64,000 nucleotides of DNA, from positions 9,980 to 73,979 of IMG/VR virus record IMGVR_UViG_3300035698_029289; one strand, given 5' to 3'. The translations under genes were made by a program, and so were the position numbers. Positions within the stretch are counted from its first letter, which is position 1, and every line of letters begins with the position of its first letter. Below the pieces are notes generated by a model, which was given only the letters and a program-made list of their open reading frames with translations, did no database searches and had not been told where the DNA came from. This DNA comes from a virus. Positions 59,759-64,000 of this stretch are shown here, in pieces.

Positions 59759-60090
59759 TATTTCTCCTTTTCCCTTTCCTTTTTTTCTTCTTCCTCCATT
59801 TTCAAATAATCTTCTCTGCCCATGCCGACATAGTTTATCCAAATCAATTTCTTGATCGCCTCGGCCTCCCCTCTCGTTGCCACTCTCCAATTACCAAGGG
59901 TTCGTCTCATTCTAAATAATCCTTGTCTTTCGAGCCGAAGAATAGTGGGGCGGGAGATGTAGAGGCCTTCGTCGTTGAGTTCTTGTAGAATTTCACCAAT
60001 AAGAACTTGAGACCACTTCCTAGCTGGTTGGGCTCTTTTCCCTTGCGTGACTTCTTTTGCGGTTTCTCTGTTCCAATCCCTAGCTTGCAT
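59758..60090 (-). CDS. MerR/excisionase-like HTH protein
   Basis: SRPTILRLERQGL...RTLGNWR; promoter TTGACA at ~60129-60134 (minus). Confidence 0.7.
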   Translation of the reverse strand: MQARDWNRETAKEVTQGKRAQPARKWSQVLIGEILQELNDEGLYISRPTILRLERQGLFRMRRTLGNWRVATRGEAEAIKKLIWINYVGMGREDYLKMEEEEKKEREKEK

Positions 60091-60138
60091 AAAATCCTTT
60101 GTTATAATATATACTACTTTGCATCATTTGTCAATCCC

Positions 60139-60738
60139 CTAAATAACCTCTCTTACGGAAAAGCTATTGCCGACAAATCCTCTTTTTTCTCCCCGTAATA
60201 GAAAAGCAAGGGCGGCATTTGCTCCTGTAGCAGAGGCTAATCGAATAAATGAAGCCGCACCATCTGCCTCGCATACGTCAAAGTCGGAGAGGCTATCATC
60301 AGGTACAGTATAATTCTCCGCCCAACACACTTCAAAAGTCATCAATTCGGAGAAGCCACAGTGGAGACAATCAACCTTATTTTTAATGGCAAAGTCTTGA
60401 ACTATTTGCCGTGCTTGTTTATTGTCGAAGGTATCAATGATTAAATCAAAGTCTTTGAGCAATTGAGGTGCATTTTCTTTTGTTAGCTTTTCGGTGATAA
60501 TCTCCACCTTTCTGCCTATCCACCGATATAAATTGTATTGCAAGGTCTCAGTTTTCTTCATGCCTACCTGTTCTCGTAGGAAGAACTGAATGTTCAAATT
60601 TCTCTGTGCCACTATATCAAAGTCCAAAATCGTGAACTCTGCTATCTCTCTTGCATCCGGCAAAAGAGAGGCAAGCAAATTGCTACCCAATGCACCTGCC
60701 CCTAAAATGATTACTTTTTTCTTAGTCTTTTTTTTCAT
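60139..60738 (-). CDS. ThiF/E1-like adenylyltransferase
   Basis: ILGAGALGS, DFD.V...NL..Q, K, IDTFDN..AR, DVCE. Confidence 0.88.
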   Translation of the reverse strand: MKKKTKKKVIILGAGALGSNLLASLLPDAREIAEFTILDFDIVAQRNLNIQFFLREQVGMKKTETLQYNLYRWIGRKVEIITEKLTKENAPQLLKDFDLIIDTFDNKQARQIVQDFAIKNKVDCLHCGFSELMTFEVCWAENYTVPDDSLSDFDVCEADGAASFIRLASATGANAALAFLLRGEKRGFVGNSFSVREVI

Positions 60739-61087
60739 TTATCCACCAATTTGGAAAATCATAGTCTTCTCTATTGTGATATTTTGGTTTTTCTTTATGA
60801 TAAAGAACCCTTATTATTCTTGATGGTTTTATGTCTTCCCCAAAAGATATTTCATCATTTCCCATGTCAGTAAAGTAATTTACTCTTTTCTTTATTACTA
60901 AAACAGCCTGCCCAAATTGTTTAGCAAATTCAAGATTCCTCGTAAAATAGCACGGAGATTTTAATCCTTCTTTTAGAATTTTTTTTATATTCCTTCGTGA
61001 AGTTCCATGATATAAAAGAAAAACCCCATGTTCGATAGATGGTTTTTGACCACAAACACTTCCTCCTGCGAAAACTTTACTAAGCAT
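60722..61087 (-). CDS. ADP-ribosyltransferase-fold protein
   Basis: YHGT..N...ILKEGL, YFT...A..F, downstream E and IKP..I. Confidence 0.7.
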   Translation of the reverse strand: MLSKVFAGGSVCGQKPSIEHGVFLLYHGTSRRNIKKILKEGLKSPCYFTRNLEFAKQFGQAVLVIKKRVNYFTDMGNDEISFGEDIKPSRIIRVLYHKEKPKYHNREDYDFPNWWINEKKD

Positions 61088-61520
61088 AACTTTTTCTCCG
61101 CAATAAGTTTAAATATCCTTTCTCTGGATTTACTTCTTTTTTGCTCTCAACCTCAATTGTCAATTCCCGCGCCCCCTTTTTTCCTCTTTTAATCCAATCT
61201 TCCTTTGATTCCAACTGGCCCAAGAAAGTGATTTCCGTGAACTGTCCATTAGGAAGTTCTGTGACAATGATGAATCTTATCGGAAAGGGTGAAAATGCAA
61301 TCACCCATGCCTTAAACATCGTTTCATCATCATGGGACATTTCCATAAGCCCTGGCGGGTGAATATGAGTTAATCCCCACACAATCCCCGGCCATCTTGT
61401 ATGCAGCCTCCAAATCAGCCCTGCTGGAAATGTTACAGATGTACTCGATCCGACCACCCAATGCAAAATATCTTTGCTGGATGAAAGAATCGCACCTGTT
61501 TCTCTAATAAAATTTTTCAT
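61080..61520 (-). CDS. JAB/MPN metalloprotease
   Basis: N-terminal E (ETGA) and HIHP.....SHDD. Confidence 0.8.
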   Translation of the reverse strand: MKNFIRETGAILSSSKDILHWVVGSSTSVTFPAGLIWRLHTRWPGIVWGLTHIHPPGLMEMSHDDETMFKAWVIAFSPFPIRFIIVTELPNGQFTEITFLGQLESKEDWIKRGKKGARELTIEVESKKEVNPEKGYLNLLRRKSYA

Positions 61521-61697
61521 TTATCCTTCCTCTTTTTTCTTTATGGGAGTTCCGTCTTCGCCAAATTTAATTCCTTTCAACATCATTTCAATAAAAGCAA
61601 GCATCACCAAGGCTCTTCCCCTTTCTTTACATTCTCCCTTGGAGAATTGCCCATCTAAAATAGCAACCATTGTGTCCCAATATTTGCTTCTTTTCAC
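61521..61697 (-). CDS. 58 aa hypothetical protein
   Basis: Below track cutoff; GTG start overlaps upstream stop: MKRSKYWDTMVAILDGQF...KKKEEG. Confidence 0.5.
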   Translation of the reverse strand: MKRSKYWDTMVAILDGQFSKGECKERGRALVMLAFIEMMLKGIKFGEDGTPIKKKEEG

Positions 61698-61993
61698 TTT
61701 TTCTCCAATCTTTTAACTCGCTTTTCTAATTTCTTCATTTGCCTCGTCGCTTTTTTCAACTCTCTGTTTGTGTTTCTCAACTCTTTGATTTTTGTTCTTA
61801 GTTGCCGGACTCGTTCTCTCAGGGCTTGATTGTCCTCAATTCTCCGTCTATCAAAGGCGCTGATTCCAAACCGGATGAAGGATTTAAAGCGAACCCAATC
61901 ATAACGAAACCAGTTTTTAGTTCCTTTATTAAAAGAGGTTATGATATTATTTTTGTAAATCCACTTATGGTTTTTAAGTTCGCGGTTTAACAT
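61694..61993 (-). CDS. coiled-coil hypothetical protein
   Basis: SD GGGGTG; C-terminal heptads. Confidence 0.55.
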   Translation of the reverse strand: MLNRELKNHKWIYKNNIITSFNKGTKNWFRYDWVRFKSFIRFGISAFDRRRIEDNQALRERVRQLRTKIKELRNTNRELKKATRQMKKLEKRVKRLEKK

Positions 61994-62207
61994 TTTCACC
62001 CCCTTCCTTTTTTTTTGGTTTGCCTAGTACCTTATCAAATGCTTTTTTCTTACATCTATGACAAATCGTGCAACCATCAATGTCATTCCAAAGGTAATTG
62101 CTAGTCCCACAGTAATCACAAACTGTGCCTTCTGGTGCTCCATCTATTATACCTATTGGTGGGTTATTCAATAACCACTTAATCGTTTTTATTAATCTTT
62201 TAAACAT
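61974..62207 (-). CDS. small Zn-finger protein
   Basis: CDYC...CHRC. Confidence 0.6.
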   Translation of the reverse strand: MFKRLIKTIKWLLNNPPIGIIDGAPEGTVCDYCGTSNYLWNDIDGCTICHRCKKKAFDKVLGKPKKKEGGENVKPRT

Positions 62208-62210
62208 TTT

Positions 62211-62315
62211 TCACCCCCTTCCTTTTCTCCGTTTAGGAAAATTTTTAAGAGATCCATATTTTGCTTTATGTCTTTTTTTTCTTTCGGCCAGATTTCGAGG
62301 CTTACCCCTAGGCAT
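62211..62315 (-). CDS. 34 aa Arg/Lys-rich peptide
   Basis: MPRGKPRNLAERKKRHKAKYGSLKNFPKRRKGRG; SD AAAGGAGGT. Confidence 0.55.
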   Translation of the reverse strand: MPRGKPRNLAERKKRHKAKYGSLKNFPKRRKGRG

Positions 62316-62327
62316 TTTTACCTCCTT

Positions 62328-63188
62328 TCATTCTCTTGTAATATATAAACTTCCTTCTTCTTTTTGAAATGTCCGTGCTAATACCGCCAAAGAGCCCATG
62401 GTTTGTTTTCTTTCATTGCTTAAACAAAATCCTGCGTCATAAATTCTCATATCGTTTTTAATTATTGATTTAATAGTTTGTTTTCCAATTTTCCATACGA
62501 CTGTAAATTTATCTGTTCCTCTCTGGGTAAATCTTACTAATTTCCCCCCAGCTTGTTTAATTGAGTGCTGCAGCCGCCCCGCAAAGGTTTTCCTAAATTC
62601 CTCAATCCTTTTTTCTCTCTCTGCTTGTGACAATTTTAATTTTTCCAGCTCTTTAAACTGCCGGAAGCTTTGTCGCTGAAGAGAAAGAAGTAAGAAATAG
62701 TAGCGGATTTCAGGTGTAATTCCCTTAATCTCACCAATCTCTTTTTCTTTCTCAAAAGCTTCCTTCACTTGATTTAATGTGCTACGGTCGGCTGAATAGT
62801 CCACTCCGACCGAATAAAATCTTCCATCTTCCCACTCTACAAATTTAACTATCTCCCAAGCTGGTTGATCTAAGAAATGAACTTTAATGGTTTCACCCTG
62901 TCCCTTGCGAAACAAATTTTCAAAGTTCCAAGGCACAATTTCTTCTCCAAGTGCCAAGCCCCTATATTTCTTAACTTTTTCAAGTGCTTCCTCTATTTCA
63001 AGAGGAGTGGGTTTTCCTTTATATTTAATAGTATTTCCTAGTTGGAATTTATACCAACCATCTTCAAAGAATGGAGGAGATGCTAGTTTCCTTCCCACAA
63101 TTCTTCCTTTATATTTGCCCCACCCTGAAATCATGGGTAGAACCGCTGTTTTTTCTTCCGTAAACTTTTCCAAATCTATTGCTCCCAT
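62328..63188 (-). CDS. hypothetical protein upstream of the E1/JAB genes
   Basis: C-terminal domain with a single Cys in DAGFCLS. Confidence 0.65.
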   Translation of the reverse strand: MGAIDLEKFTEEKTAVLPMISGWGKYKGRIVGRKLASPPFFEDGWYKFQLGNTIKYKGKPTPLEIEEALEKVKKYRGLALGEEIVPWNFENLFRKGQGETIKVHFLDQPAWEIVKFVEWEDGRFYSVGVDYSADRSTLNQVKEAFEKEKEIGEIKGITPEIRYYFLLLSLQRQSFRQFKELEKLKLSQAEREKRIEEFRKTFAGRLQHSIKQAGGKLVRFTQRGTDKFTVVWKIGKQTIKSIIKNDMRIYDAGFCLSNERKQTMGSLAVLARTFQKEEGSLYITRE

Positions 63189-63259
63189 TATAAACTCCTT
63201 ATCATTATAGGTTAATTCCCATATCCCAGCCCTCCGAAGAGAAGAGCTGAGGATAGAAA

Positions 63260-63712
63260 CTATTCCCTAGTTACTTCAAAAGTAACCCATTCATCTACTG
63301 GTGCAGCATCAGAAGGAACTTCAACAATAGCCCAAACCTCAACATTTCCGTTTTTGGCTAAAGGAAAAGTCATCTTCTCTCCAAACTTCCAACCACACCA
63401 AGGATTTTTTCCATCACCAGAAATATCCCAACAAATGTTCTTGCGAACAAGACCATCTGACCTAGTGGCAACGACACCGACTTCTTGGTCGCCATTACCG
63501 ACTGCATTTACATTATGAATCTTAATCCTAGACTCATATTCTTGGTTAGGAAATGTTTCCGCTGGAACCATTGTGGTAACCCAATCCACTTCAAGTGGCT
63601 CTTGAACTGTAGTATTATCTGTTTTATTAAATACCGTCCAAGCAGCATAAACAACGCCAACAGCCAAAATGGTTACTAAAAGACCCGCTAAAATACCTTT
63701 TGTTCTTTTCAT
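63260..63712 (-). CDS. secreted/membrane-anchored beta protein
   Basis: signal-like N-terminus MKRTKGILAGLLVTILAVGVVYAAW. Confidence 0.7.
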   Translation of the reverse strand: MKRTKGILAGLLVTILAVGVVYAAWTVFNKTDNTTVQEPLEVDWVTTMVPAETFPNQEYESRIKIHNVNAVGNGDQEVGVVATRSDGLVRKNICWDISGDGKNPWCGWKFGEKMTFPLAKNGNVEVWAIVEVPSDAAPVDEWVTFEVTRE

Positions 63713-64000
63713 TTATTTTTCACCTCCTTTCAACAATTCTTTTCTTAATCTTTGAATAATCTTGCGTGTTGCTTTTACATCACTTAAAGCGTCATGTGCA
63801 TCTATTTTTATACCATAGTGCTTACACACAGTCTCAAGTTTGTAATTTTCTAAATCGATCCGGCCCATGTAGCTAAACCAATACAAAATAGAAAGGGGAT
63901 CAATAGCTCTCCAATTAAACCATGATCCAAAATATTTGTCATTTTGTTTTTTGAAAAAGTTGTGCAAAAAATCAATATCAAATCTCACATTGTATCCAGC
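63713..64000 (-). CDS. DnaQ/DEDDh 3'-5' exonuclease, partial
   Basis: GYNVRFDIDFL, YKLETVC, HDALSD; starts outside the window. Confidence 0.88.
   Translation of the reverse strand, partial: AGYNVRFDIDFLHNFFKKQNDKYFGSWFNWRAIDPLSILYWFSYMGRIDLENYKLETVCKHYGIKIDAHDALSDVKATRKIIQRLRKELLKGGEK

Overview
This window is a large part of a dsDNA tailed-phage genome (Caudoviricetes, podovirus-like: adaptor, nozzle and ejection proteins, no tape measure, sheath or tube). It uses the standard genetic code and probably infects a monoderm host (SSB resembles CPR/Microgenomates types; CHAP lysin; no spanins seen). One + strand late region (~1.5-56.7 kb) runs ParB, TerS, a TerL split into two genes, portal, scaffold, major capsid, a glyco-modification island of about 20 genes, a collagen-like fibre, tail genes, ejection proteins and lysis. 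Minus-strand early genes flank it: ARPP-1-like, Phd-like, MoxR/VWA, SSB, E1/JAB/ART and a DnaQ exonuclease. Main discoveries: (1) five copies of a promoter - covarying internal-loop hairpin - terminator cassette head late gene blocks, the first directly behind a DUF2292/YezD-like gene, suggesting a protein+RNA antitermination system; (2) free-standing homing endonucleases appear to have replaced the C-terminus or start codon of the genes they invaded, leaving orphan original ends downstream; (3) a probable virion glycosylation system paired with an almost Pro-free, Thr-rich collagen; (4) a phage E1/JAB ubiquitin-like module. All family calls come from motif recognition by eye; no searches were run.
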